NCBI GenBank assembly: GCA_973895155.1
Contig: OZ316899.1
Coordinates: forward strand, 8,125,241-8,189,240
Length of the DNA: 64,000 bases
Direction: 5' to 3'
From: Marsupella aquatica
Lineage: Eukaryota > Plantae > Marchantiophyta
A program made the translations under genes and the position numbers. Below are positions 49,055 through 61,159 of this stretch, in pieces (position 1 is the stretch's first letter; each line of letters starts with the position of its first letter). Under the pieces are notes generated by a model. That model made no database searches. It saw nothing but the letters and a program-made list of their open reading frames with translations, and was not told the DNA's origin.

Positions 49055-52000
49055 TAGCATCCATAATACCTGATACAACATAAATTTCTTGACAGTCTGC
49101 CAGTGTCCCCGTCCCCTAGAGACTGTCCTGTCCAGGAGCAAACACAACACCTCTGAAGGGGTATAGCGACGAAGACAGGAAACAGGTAAACAAGAATTTT
49201 TTTTCCTGTTTTTAATATGCTGTTACCAGGAAAAAATCATTGTTACCAGGAAAAATGACAATTTAAAAATGTCTCCTAAAATATGTTATTTCCAAAAAAA
49301 ATTAACAATGCAACATTTTTGGCTAGCTTTGGGCGCTAGCAAAAAAAACTGGTCGACCGAAAAAAAACATTTCCACCCATTTTCCTGTTACCAGTTTTTT
49401 TCCTGTTACCAGTTTCTGTTATTAAATCTTGTTTCCTGTTTGTTGTCTTTTGTAAACACCTCCTCTGAAGCAGGCACAACACAATGCCCAACATGCATTC
49501 GCATGCACACAGCCAACAAACAGGTGTGGGATACCTCCATCCCATCCGGACAGAGTAAGCAGAATCCGTCGCATGCACTGTCCAATGGTTAGGCCCATGG
49601 ATCCGGTGAATAACCCTCCCACAAGGATTCTGCACATGAATGTCTTAGCCCTGGTAGACAAGTCCAAGCGCCATAATTCACGCCATCCTTGACATCATTC
49701 TATTTTGGTTTTGTTGCTGTTCCAGATCCGGTTTCATCTCATGAAGTCCGACCCTTTGGTTCTTAGTAGCTGGTATAGACGGTGTATCGTGATCCCCCCA
49801 TCGCCAGCAGCCATCACCCGGCACTAGCATTCTGAGACAGCTGCTGGCCATCATCATACGTTGTATGAGCAACTGACTCCTGACTCTATGCACCTGTTCA
49901 AATCCATGCAGCATGCGCCATTTGGCAGAAAAATCCTTCCATACTCCCGTCCCAGTGTCCCAACAGTCTAATACCACTCTTATCCCTAGTCTACTTGTAA
50001 TCTCAGTTGTGAGTGCTACTTCTGTGTTAGACCAAGTGTGTGATCCTTGTGAATATCGAATAGTGTCTAGCATGCTCCATCTTCTAGGAAATCCCATAGC
50101 TCCCGGGACAAAGTAAAGGTTGGCCCTTAGTCCCTCCCAAGCTTTCCACATCCCCCATGTATCGGTAAGTCCACAACTTGCATGTGGTGTACATAGCATA
50201 AGCTTATTTGCAAAAGTAACCATGTATCACCTTGAAATTCTGCCATCCAATGAGCTTGAGATTGGCCTCCAATAGCCGAGCCCACTTTGTGTGGGGGAAA
50301 TCCAGTGCTTTTAAAAACCATTATGTTAGCAGTGAATCTGAGTGGCATCTAAAGTCCCGCAGTCCCAGGCCACCATCTACTTTAGGGTTGGACATCTTCA
50401 TTCATGCCACCATAGGTATCTTCCTACCCCCCCCCCCCGCGCCGGATTGGAACCCTAGAGAAAGTCCTTGCTTAATGCTATGATTTTCTTGGACAGACCG
50501 ACCAATGCCATCATATACATAACATGGTAAATCGGAATTGCCATCGGAATTGCCATCAACACATGTTTAACCAACAGCATCCTCCCTGTGAATGACAGTA
50601 ACTTGGAAGACCAAGAGGATAGTCTTGCAGCAATCTTGTCCGAGCAAAATTGGTGGAGTTGTTCTGACTTCAAGCCAATGCCAAAAGGTGCTTCTAGATA
50701 TTTCTGTGCTTTGCCTCTACAGCTGATCTCCCATCCTGCATCTTGTAGCCAATCTGGTATGCTCTCTAAATAATGCAATTGGCACAATTACTGATTTCTT
50801 AAGGTTCAATCTGGCTCCCGCGCGCTCTCATAACATGCCAATGCTACTATCACCTCTATGAAAGCCTCCTCAAAAGCAGGGATGTACATCCCCACATCAT
50901 CAGCAAAAAGCCTGTAACAATATGTGAACTTGTTTGTCACCCAAATTCCTCTTAATCTCCCACACACCATCTTTGCATCTAAGAAGTCCATCAGGGGCTG
51001 GGTAGAGATTACAAAAATCAAAGGTGAAAGGGGAGTGACACCCCTGCCTCACCACCCTGTGGAGGAGGACTTGCTCAAAAATCCATTAACTAGTACACAA
51101 GAGGTCGCCTGAGAAAGCAACGCTTTCACTAGATTTATCATCCTATTGCTAAGTCCTAACAATTGCATGCATTCCCATAGACATTCATGGTTAACTCTAT
51201 CAAAAGCCTTCTCAAAATCTAACTTTAGAAACAATGAAGGCTTCCTGCAATCTTGTACCCAGTCACTTGTCAACCATGCCAGCGATATATTTTCTAGAAT
51301 ATGTCTACCAGGTATAAATCCAGTCTGTTGAGGGCTGATCATTTTGTGCATATTGTGCTTTCTCCCAAGGGCTACCAGTTTAGCCATCACTTTATATACT
51401 ATATTGAGCATTGTAAGTGGCCGCCAATCCCTCAAGTACATTTTGTGAGCTTTTTGGGGGATAAACTTAATCAGCCTGTCCTTAATTTCTGCTTGGATTT
51501 CTCCCGTAAGCCAGAACTCATGTATCATACTTATCATATCTTCCTGCATAAACTCCCATGAAGCCCAAAGCACCTCAGCCGTTAGCCCATCAGTTCCAAG
51601 TGCCTTGTCATCCGGGAGGTGCCACACAATACCTGTCACTTCCTCTAAAGATGGGAGTGCTTCCATCTTTGTAATCTCTTCTGCCGTAAGGGAAAACCAT
51701 GTGTTCCTCATTAAGGTCCTTCGATCACTCGGACACATAATACCTCTGCTAGTGGTGGATCAGGCAGAGAGTATATCATCCCAGTTGATTTCCGGGTTTT
51801 GCTAAGTCCTTTGTCTCAGTGTGTTTTGAATCTCCATGTACTTCCGTCTCATGTGGTGCCACGCTTTTGCAAACCTAAGATGAATATTGCTCTTGCCCTC
51901 CCCTCCAACCTTCCAGGCCTCCTCCAATAGCTCCATGTTCTATGGGTCTTTTAGCAAGGACGGGTTAGCCTTAAACATACAAGCCTTGCCTCTCCGTGGA

Positions 52001-53041
52001 TCTCCCTTGTCCTCCAGCAAGTAGAATACAACTATAATTGGATCATGATTTGATAGCGTTGTTCCCCGGTCATGTGTCAATTCCACCACTCCTGCAAGCC
52101 ACCCTCCCTTATAGCTCAAGCAGAAACGGTCCAGTCTAGATTGTGTCAGCACTCCACTCCTAATCCTTTGCCAAGTATATCAAGAACCCAATACATTGCT
52201 TCCCATGTTGTAAACATCCATCAGATCTAGTTTAACTTGCAAAAAGCGCCAAAACTCATCCTCAAGGCCTTTAATAAGAGAGCAGCCCCCTAAGGAATCC
52301 ATTCATGTTTTTGTCATATTGAAGTCCCCACATAGTATCTAGTTTGCCTGCGGCAGCTCCACCTTTATTTTGTGCCACATGAAGGCCCTCTATCAAGGGG
52401 AATTTGGGGCATACACACTCACAATTCCTATCAGTCCACTAGAGTGCTCAATCCTCACCCATACAGCCCTTCCTCCTTGCAGGCTTCCCGGGTCCCGCAC
52501 GTTAAATGAGGGATGCATTAGCAAGGCATATCCTCCTCGATCTTCATCCGATGCAGAAGAGAAAAGTTGATACAAAGGAAGGATCATGTGCAGGGCAATG
52601 TCTAAGCATAATTGACCTGACTTAACTTTCTATAGGGCCAAAAATCCTAGCGGAGCCTTCAATGACGTCACCCAGTTCTTAACTATGTGTTATTTGTTAG
52701 GATCCCCTAGCCCACATACATTCCAGGAGGAAATTCTCAGAGGTGCCTCCATCAAGCCTACAGCAGCCCGAGAAGTACCCAGTCCTCCATAGCTTCCAGG
52801 TCTAAATTTGTGGCTGGCTCCCAGGTGTCATCCCATGACCTCCAGCATGAGTAGAAGCCCCCGGAAAGGCAGGTGGTGTGCGGCCCAATTCATTCTCCCC
52901 TCTTCCCCGTGCACTAGGTGAGCTAGCCTCCCCCATTGTAGTAAGTACCCTGGTGCATCCCGTATGTTGAGCAGTTGCTTGTTCTTTTGTATTCCCGATG
53001 GCTCCTAGTATTGCATCCCCTGCATCCAATCTAGGTTCAAG
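49055..53041 (-). mobile_element. Degraded L1-clade LINE (LINE-2), related to LINE-1; interrupted by the Helitron, the MITE and Copia-3
   Basis: ORF2 starts at 52752 (MEAPLRISSWNVCGL); SVYAPN, SRLDRF, WRPLTMLN, LDFEKAFDRV, LFADD, IPHLFVGC; many stops. Confidence 0.9.
49159..49462. mobile_element. Non-autonomous MITE-like derivative of the element C family (304 bp)
   Basis: TSD (C)CTCTGAAG at 49150/49151-49158 and 49462/49463-49470. The right end revcomp GAGGTGTTTACAAAAG...ACTGGTAACAGG matches 55284-55370; the left end starts GGGTAT like element B. Confidence 0.88.
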
Positions 53042-55283
53042 TGAGAAAGTGAGAGATCTTTGTTTCTTGCCCTCAAGCTTATCTCACACTAATCTTGTAG
53101 GAAACCATCAGCTCAGACTAGGCAGCAATGCGGAAACATGAGAATGCACACAATCTCAAACTACACCTACAAGACACCAATGATGGAGAAACTCTTGAAG
53201 GATCAATAGCTCATGAGAAAGAACATGTGAAGAATGAGGGAGAGAATGCTCTCCCTCCAACCTATACCCCCAAGGGGGACTAAGATGTGTGGGCCTAAAT
53301 AAGTGGATCTTATCCTAAACTAACCAAGGGTCAACTAACCCTAGTAAGGCCAAACTAACTAAAGTCGGGAACTCGAGTCAATTGTTAACAATTTCCACCT
53401 TGACTCCAGTTCACACAATGAGTTAGGTGATATACAATATGTAACCAAGTAACATATCTACATAGTCTCCGGTTTGGCCCTAACATTAATAATATCCACA
53501 CAATGACTAAAGCTATTGGTAGGTAAAACTTTGGTAAGCATGTCTGCCGCAATCTCCTCTAAAGCAACCTTCTCCAGAAACATTTGCTTTGTCTCAATCA
53601 CCTCACGGATGAAGTGACAGCGAATATCAATGTGCTTTGTCCTAGCATAGAACACAAGGTTCTTAGCCAGATGCAAAGCACTTTGACTGTCACACAATAG
53701 CACTAAATCACTCACCAATCTCCATAGCCAGATCAGCTCCTTGGTTGCCTCACAAGCAACCATGTACTTAGCCTCAGTAGTAGACAACGCAACACATGAT
53801 TGAGTTGTCGACTTCCAGCTGATACAACCTCCACCTAGCATAAACACATAGCCTGTAGTAGACTTTCTATTATCCAAGTTACCAGCATAATCTGAATCTA
53901 CAAAACCTTCCAACTCTAATGTAGAGTTTGCTTTACCGTCAAATAAAATCCCACAATCTAAGGTACCTTTCAGATATCGCAGAACCCACTTCACTGCTTT
54001 CCAGTGAAGTTTACTAGGGTTTGCCATAAATTTTCTCAAAATGCTAACAGCGTGGGCAATGTCAGGTCTAGTGCATGTCATTGTATACATCAAACTACCC
54101 ACAACACTATCATAGGGAACGTGTTTCATCGCCAGTCTATCACTCTCACTAGAATGGTAATCATTCTTTGAGAGTTTAAAGTGGGAACCAATGGAGTACC
54201 AACTGGTTTTGCATTCTCCATCCCATACTTGGCAAGTACCTTCTCCAAATCTGCCTCTGAGACAACCATAATTGCCTCTGCTCCCGATCACAATGAATCT
54301 CCATCCCTAGGATCTTCTTGGCCTGACCCAAGTCCTTCATTGAAAACTTCTTACTCAACATTGCTTTCCAATGGGCAACAACCGACTTATTCTCAGCCAG
54401 GATCAGCATGTCATCCAGGCATGTATAGAGCCAACACAATGTAACCAATGCGTGAGTAATTCTCCACCTCCTTCATGTAAATACAACAGTCATGTTCACT
54501 CCGCGTGAACCCTTGAGACAACATGAAGGAATCAAAACGCTTATTCCATTGTCTGGGACTCTGCTTCAATCCGTATAACGAGCGCAAGAGCTGACACACC
54601 AAGTGTTTAGTCTTCTTGTCAATAAAACCTGGAGGCTCAGCCATATAAATCTCCACATCAAGCAATCCATGCAGGAAAGCAGTAATTACATCCATTTGAT
54701 CTAATTCTAGATCATAGAATGTCACGATCGCAAGTAAAACATGGATAGTAGCAAGTTTGACAACCGGTGAGAATATCACAGTGTAGTCCAAGCCCTCCTT
54801 CTGGGTGTACCCTTTGGCCACAAGGCATGCCTTGTAAGTGCCATCTTGCTTCTTCTTGTACAACCATCTACACGAAACCAGTGTTTTCCGCGAGGCATGT
54901 CAGTTAAGCGCCAAGTTGAATTATTCTTCAAAGAATTCATCTCCTTCAACATCGCCTCCATCCACTTATCCTTTTTTGGAGAGGCCATAGCTTCTTCATA
55001 GCTAGAGGGGTCTCCATCTTCAGTGAGCAATATAACACCAGGATCATCGTCATGTTCAACTACGTGAACACAAGGATCTGCAAATGCAAATCTATCAAGG
55101 GGTTGGTCAAAATTGGCCTTGGTGGAGCGCCTTGGTTGAGGAACTGCACCTCTACCAAAGGGACCAGCAGCTTCCTCATCACCACCAAGCTCCACCGTAG
55201 TGGGTTCCTCCACCTGCTCCTCCTGAATATCCCGGGGTCTTGACAACCATTCTTCATCAAAAACAACATTTCTGCTCACAACT
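53042..55283 (-). mobile_element. 3' half of a Tork/Tnt1-like Copia element (Copia-3), interrupted by element C
   Basis: VVSRNVVFDE; YKACLVAKGYTQKEGLDY; LYGLKQSPRQW; TRPDIAHAV; FVDSDYAG; RTKHIDIR. PPT-like AAGGTGGAAAT precedes the LTR starting at 53390; the LTR end near 53042 is less certain. Confidence 0.9.
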
Positions 55284-56063
55284 GAGGTGTTTACAAAAGG
55301 CAGGAAAACAGGAAATAGGTATTCATAACAGAAACTGGTAACAGGCAAAAATACTGGTAACAGGAAAATTCTAGTCTCAAACTTTTGAAATTTTTTTCGG
55401 GTAGCACCCGGCGCTGGTAAAAATATCGCCAAAGGTGAGGTTTTTTTAAAAGACAAACAGGAGTAAATATAAGAAACTCATAGCGGTAGGAACTCTCCAC
55501 GATTATTGCTAGCGCCCGGCACTGTGAAGAGTCTATAATTTGTACCAATGCACTCTCGGAGGATATTTAATGAAGGGGGTTATGAAATGTTCGATCTCGG
55601 AATGCTATTTAAGTCAATTATAATTAACCAAAACCTTTCAGTAGCGCCTGGAGCTACTACAGTAATCCCAATTGACAACCATCGTCTATTCCAGCCTCCT
55701 CCCGATCAGGGTCTTTCCAGAAGACATCTAGCTGCAAAGATCCACGATTGTTCCCGCCAGTTCACCTAATACAACAAAATCAGACGGAAAACAAAACATT
55801 TATGCAACCACAGCCCGGAAAGAATCCACACCCAAGAACCTTTAGAAAATTGGGAAGCGCCCGGCGCTAGCCAATATTGCACCTGAGCACACGTCTTCAC
55901 AACTCAAACTTCAAGAATCTGAAATAAAAATATAATAAAGACAGTATGTTTGAGGAGCGCCTGGCGCTAGTAAAAGTTGAAAGGGCTTAAAATCAGCCAA
56001 TTCATCGAAATGCTTACATATTGAAACATTAAACGACGTATTCTAAGAAAACCCCATTGCTAC

Positions 56064-59000
56064 CTATAAACTACAAGATGTTTCTGATGCGGAGCTTTCA
56101 GATCTGTCCGTGGACTCGGCTTCGTCATCAATGTACTTGCTTCGGGAAACATCATCTATATAAGGGTTCCTCATGAACTTCCTGTCTGCTCCCCTCTGAA
56201 GACGTAGACCTTTTGTTTCCCAACAAAGCGTTCTAATTTTGTCAACCCTCCTAGCGGCATTTTCAGCGTATGAGGGCAAAACAAATGGCTTCTCAGGAGT
56301 GACAATTACATTCCTAGCTAGTCTCCTCCGGAGTTGGAAACGCTTCCTCAGATTCCATTCTGACCTGATCCAGTAGAACGGATCAAAATATAAGTTTAGG
56401 AGATAAGAGAGCAAGAACCCAGAATTGTCAACAACACTTGAAAGGATAAAGAAGCTTATTGGAAGAACATTACTTGTCTGAGTCTTCGCTCTTCTCCAAA
56501 GAATCTTCCTCCTGGGTTTTCTCTGTGTCATCTCCGACGTCTCCAGAGGTACCTTCCTCTTCGTCAGAATCAAAATTGAGAACAGATCGGAGCCTATCTT
56601 TCTTTTTGCGACCACTTAAATTGGTCACGGGAGGAGGCAATATCGGAACATGCTTGGGATCAAGAAGTTCTAAGAAAACCCTTGATGTGGTCTCAACAAA
56701 CTCACGCCTATTTTCCAACCCAATCACGAAACGACCAGAAAAATCACCAGCAATGAATGTGCTTCCTGAACCTACAGTCCAGTCAAGGACAATATCTCCA
56801 GGAAGAGTAAAAAGCTCTATCACCGATTGCATAAAACCAACCAAAAGACAGGGGTTCCCAGCAAAATCCAACTCCAGGAAATGATCTGTCTTCAAGGTTG
56901 GAAGCCCAATCAAGTTAGAGATCGAAGGATCTTCACTTATTGATAGAGGCTTAAACCTTGGATCCTTTGGTACCTTTCCTTTTGAAGAAGTCCGACAAAA
57001 TATGTCTAGCCTAAGGGTAAATACCTGCACGCATCGCACACGTTTGGCTCAAATTATCAACCGACAGGCAATGATTCGAGAACAACAGCAAAGACTAAAT
57101 TAGCGTCGGGCGCTAACAATAAATAAGAGATGCAATGATCTGTACCTGAATATCGGTCTTTGCTCTGTACATGGGCATAGACATGACGACATTGTGAGAA
57201 TTGACACAATGGAACTTTTTGGACTGCTGGCATGCTGAAATGACTTGCGAGACCTGGTCATGGTCATCAAAATACAAGATCGCAAGCATGCCATCATCAG
57301 AAAGGAAAGGGTCCATCGCTTTGAAGAAAGAATTGGGAACTGTGTGGTCTGGTACATTCCACTTTGGAACCCGACGGTCCATGAGCGTAGGTTTAAGTCC
57401 AGTAGGAAGATAGATGAATCCTGCATTGACACCAAACAATCTTTCTTTTCCTCCTCTGATTACTCCCTTTTCTCGGGAACCCGACTTGATTAAGTCCTTT
57501 CCCCATTTCTCTGCATCAGTCACCCAATCTGGTTTCGCTGCTTTGTTGAAAGCAGTATCAATAAATTCTTGGATACTTGTTTCCACCATGCAATGCCTAG
57601 AAGATTTGCTCTTGAAGGTTCCCACATCTCTCTGAACACCAGTTCCAGCGGCATCATCTCTGGAAGATTCTCCTGCTTGAATTGCCCTTTTCTTTTTCTT
57701 CTTTGTACTGGTTGCATCAAGAGGGACAATCTCTTTCGCTTTGTCAATTGGAGTTACTGGGTCTGATTGGGCACCGGTATTGGCTTCGGAAGGCTCCGGA
57801 GTGGCATCTACTATGGTTTCATCGGTTGCAGCGTCAGACTTTCTCCCACCTAAAGGAAAAACAACAGAATTTATTCAATGTTGAATAATAGCGCCAGGCG
57901 CTATCCAAACCAATTGAAAAAACAAACCAATAGACATAGTCATATAGCAGCGCCTGGCGCTAACCAAAATGTGAAGCTACAAGCTGAATGACAACTTATG
58001 TTTTTTGGCGGATTGCGTTGAGGTACTCGGTGCCGCAGCTTTGGTTTTTGCTTTGGCTCTGGGTTTGCGACTTCGATCAACATGAACAACCGTAGTTTCG
58101 CACACCGATTGCAATTCTGCCGCCGACTTGCTCACATCACCTTCAATTCCCTGCTTCATGTCGGACACAAACTTGGGAGGGACATGAGACTTTGAAAGCT
58201 TATGAAATGCGTCTTTCTCAATGTCTCCGAATGGAGAGTCCCATCTATCGGTATCCAAATACCAAGGACAATGAATTCTCTCCCATTCTGACAGTTTCCT
58301 TGGTGGAAGACACCCTTCAGCGGGATACATTGAATACACGTCGGCCAGTATGTCTCCTTCGGGAACAACGATCCACTTTTGGAAAGCAGCAGGGTATGCC
58401 CAAAAGTAATCTGGCTTCACAATCTCCATATGCATGAAGAAACGGTACAGGTATCGTTTGGCCCTCTTCTGATTCTTGAGGGTGTAGTTAGCCTTGTCGG
58501 GATACTTGGAAGGCCACATTTTATTAAAAAACTTGCCTTTCACAGCGTCCCCAAATTTCTTGAAGTCATTTGAGACTATTTCAATAAGCGATTCAATCGA
58601 CTCACACTCCCACTCCTGCAACCGATTGGCGGGTACTATATCACTGACTTGGCATAGGGAGGTTTGCAGCAAACCAATGACGATTCCCTCCACAGTGTTC
58701 CAAGTTTGCCAGGTATGGCACCATTGCTTCACTGGATCGTCATTAACGCTCTGTGGATGGAAGAATGGTTTCCTCAACTCCGGTGTACAATGGGCAACCA
58801 GAAGGGTACTCCTCAGCTTGGGGTCGAGGGCAGAGACAACGGTAAACAATCTTGCTCGATCCATTGTACAGACAACTGCATCCGGCTTCTTCTCTCTCTT
58901 ATTCTTCTCTGTGAGGGGGTACATCTCAGCACATGTCCGCATGAAATCCTCAAAAGCGGGGCTTAATAGAGGAGTGATTTTTGACACCTTTATCGCCCAA

Positions 59001-60176
59001 TCCTTTGTTGCCTCCTTCATCATCGCTGCATGTCATTTTGAAATCTCTCCTGGAGACCAAGGTGTACCCTGAGCGGCAGCATGTTCCAGATCCATCTTAA
59101 ACTGTCGAGAATAAGACTTGATCTTATTCTCACACAAGATGTACAAAAGTGCTTCTTGAGGCATTTTTTTTGTATACCACGATCCCTTCCGTGTTTTCTG
59201 CATGATCTGCCCAAACTTCTTGAAGTTTGCAGCGTCAATGATAGACTTGTAGTAATCGAGTTCATTCGAGAGAATTTGGTTGATACGGTCTGCATCAAGT
59301 ATCCAAGAGGGTTCGACCACTGCCTGCCCAAGCCTGAAAATGAGAGAGGGAGTCAGTAGCGCCCGATGCTAGTGAAACACTATGATCATAGATTAGATTA
59401 GAAATATATTGGAAGAGACACTTACTAGTTAACAGTGTGCATCGCCGCCTCAATCTCGATCAAGGACCCCTTTTCTCCCTTGAATATTGTGCACTGGACG
59501 CGAGGATGGTATTTCACATCATCCGAATTCTCCTTCGTGACGATGGACCATGCGTAGAGTCGATGGTTTCCATCAAACACAAAAAACTTCTTATCCTGCA
59601 GGACGGAGAAGTCAGGGTTGGCAGCACATTTCGCCTCAAACTTTTTGTCTCTGCGACCCAAATTGCATCCCAGGAAGCACGAATCTCTGGCGTGCAGATC
59701 TGGACTTCTCCATTGGAATCTGTTGGTTGGACGTAAAACAACATGCCAATCTTAGAATTGTATCCTGTGCTCTGAAAGGAGTCTTTTAGCTTCTCTATCG
59801 AAGGACTTCCCTTCTGTAATGTCCGCACTACTTCCATATGAAGTAGTCGGCACATTGGAATCCTTGGCAGATCCTTGTCATGTCCTTGAAAATCTTTTCC
59901 AAACGACATAATGTGTTTGGAGATCACATCATAAACAGTCAGCGACGTCTCTTCAAAGTCCTCCATAGCAAATGAATCAGAATCATCCATCTTCCCTCTC
60001 TTGCTATTTGGGAACAATACAGCGGGTTGTGCTGCAGGATCTCGCGAAGCAGTGGATCGAGTCACTCGACGACTATACACAGATCCTGAAAATGAGCACT
60101 CAGATGTTTGCGAGGGAACGACCTCTCTGTGCCCGTTTCCACTAAAGCATTGAGAGGAGGATAAGGCAGGGTCCAT
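56064..60176 (-). pseudogene. Element C cargo gene: ParB/Srx-like domain, unknown domain, N6A/N4C DNA-methyltransferase-like fold; five exons, few lesions
   Basis: Exons ~60176-59426, 59333-58000, 57849-57146, 57024-56474, 56364-56064. Motifs RIPMCRL...VR...IEKLKDSFQSTGY...FVFDGNHRLYAW; MDPFLSDDGMLAI; VIELFTLPGDIVLDWTVGSGSTFIAGDFSGRFVIGLE. One frameshift, two stops, one mutated donor. Confidence 0.82.
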
Positions 60177-60476
60177 TGCTCGCACAAGGGCGAAGGAAGT
60201 ACTAATGACCACCACGAACGGCAAAAACCCGTCAAACAGCTTCGATCGTACTATACTTAACATGGGAAATAAGAAGAATCTAGAGCATAGAGCATGACAT
60301 ATACGCTAAGGAAACTGAACCACTGGCCTGGATCTATGACACATGTCGTTATCTTATTTGACAACACCAAAGGGGATCGATGTATTCAGGGTCACGCAAC
60401 CTATAGTTACCGTTGAATATGACCGTTGAAAGGAAAACCTGAGAATATATCGAATTCATTTTTACTCACCAAATAG

Positions 60477-60929
60477 TAGCGCCCGACGCTAGTAATTTCC
60501 AAGGGCTAAAATCTTCAATTTTTATGTCAGTTGGGAATTCAATATAGAGCCATAAGAGGCGTTAATACGCCATTACTTTCCCCAAAATCCGGTTTTCTCA
60601 TATTTCTGATACAAAAGAAAACTAGCGCCCGGCGCTAGCAAAAAACAAAGCTTTTTCAGCCTTTTGAAGGCCCCTACTTCTATTTTTACCATTGTATACA
60701 TTCATAATATGAATGATATCAATATTAGCGCCTGGCGCTAATCATCCAGAGTCTCCTTTAGGAATTTGTTTTATGTCATTTGCTTTTATTAGCGCCTGGC
60801 GCTACACATAAATTGACGTTAGACGGGCCCTAAACTTTTGGATTGTTATTATTAGCGCCAGGCGCTACACATAAATTGACACTTCAGGGGCCTCTACTTT
60901 TGGATTGTTTTTAATAGCGCCTGGCGCTA
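60477..60929. promoter_or_regulatory. Cluster of six TAGCG-N5-CGCTA palindromes in the divergent intergenic region of element C; putative protein-binding sites
   Basis: Copies at 60477, 60623, 60726, 60790, 60853 and 60915, the last four with ~63-bp period. The function is inferred. Confidence 0.65.
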
Positions 60930-61159
60930 TTCATCATCTGATATTTCTAGAACAATAGGGTTCTTCCTAAATGACATTTATTGTTAATGACGTTGATCGT
61001 AAATGACGTTGATATAACGACAAAATACATTTATGGTGTTAGAGGATTGTCTTATTATAACGGCTTTAGGGAACTGTTAGTCAGGATCGATAACAACCCT
61101 CGTCGTTGGAATTTTGATTCATAATTTTCCAGCGCTCATTTGCTTCCGAGGCTTCTGTG

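Noticed and set aside
54776-55456. 226-aa ORF
   Set aside because: Chimeric read-through from the element C terminus into Copia-3 integrase.
60623-60929. CCWGG/CCSGG cores as Dcm/EcoRII-type methylation targets
   Set aside because: The core varies between copies and is absent from the B motif, while the TAGCG arms are what is conserved.
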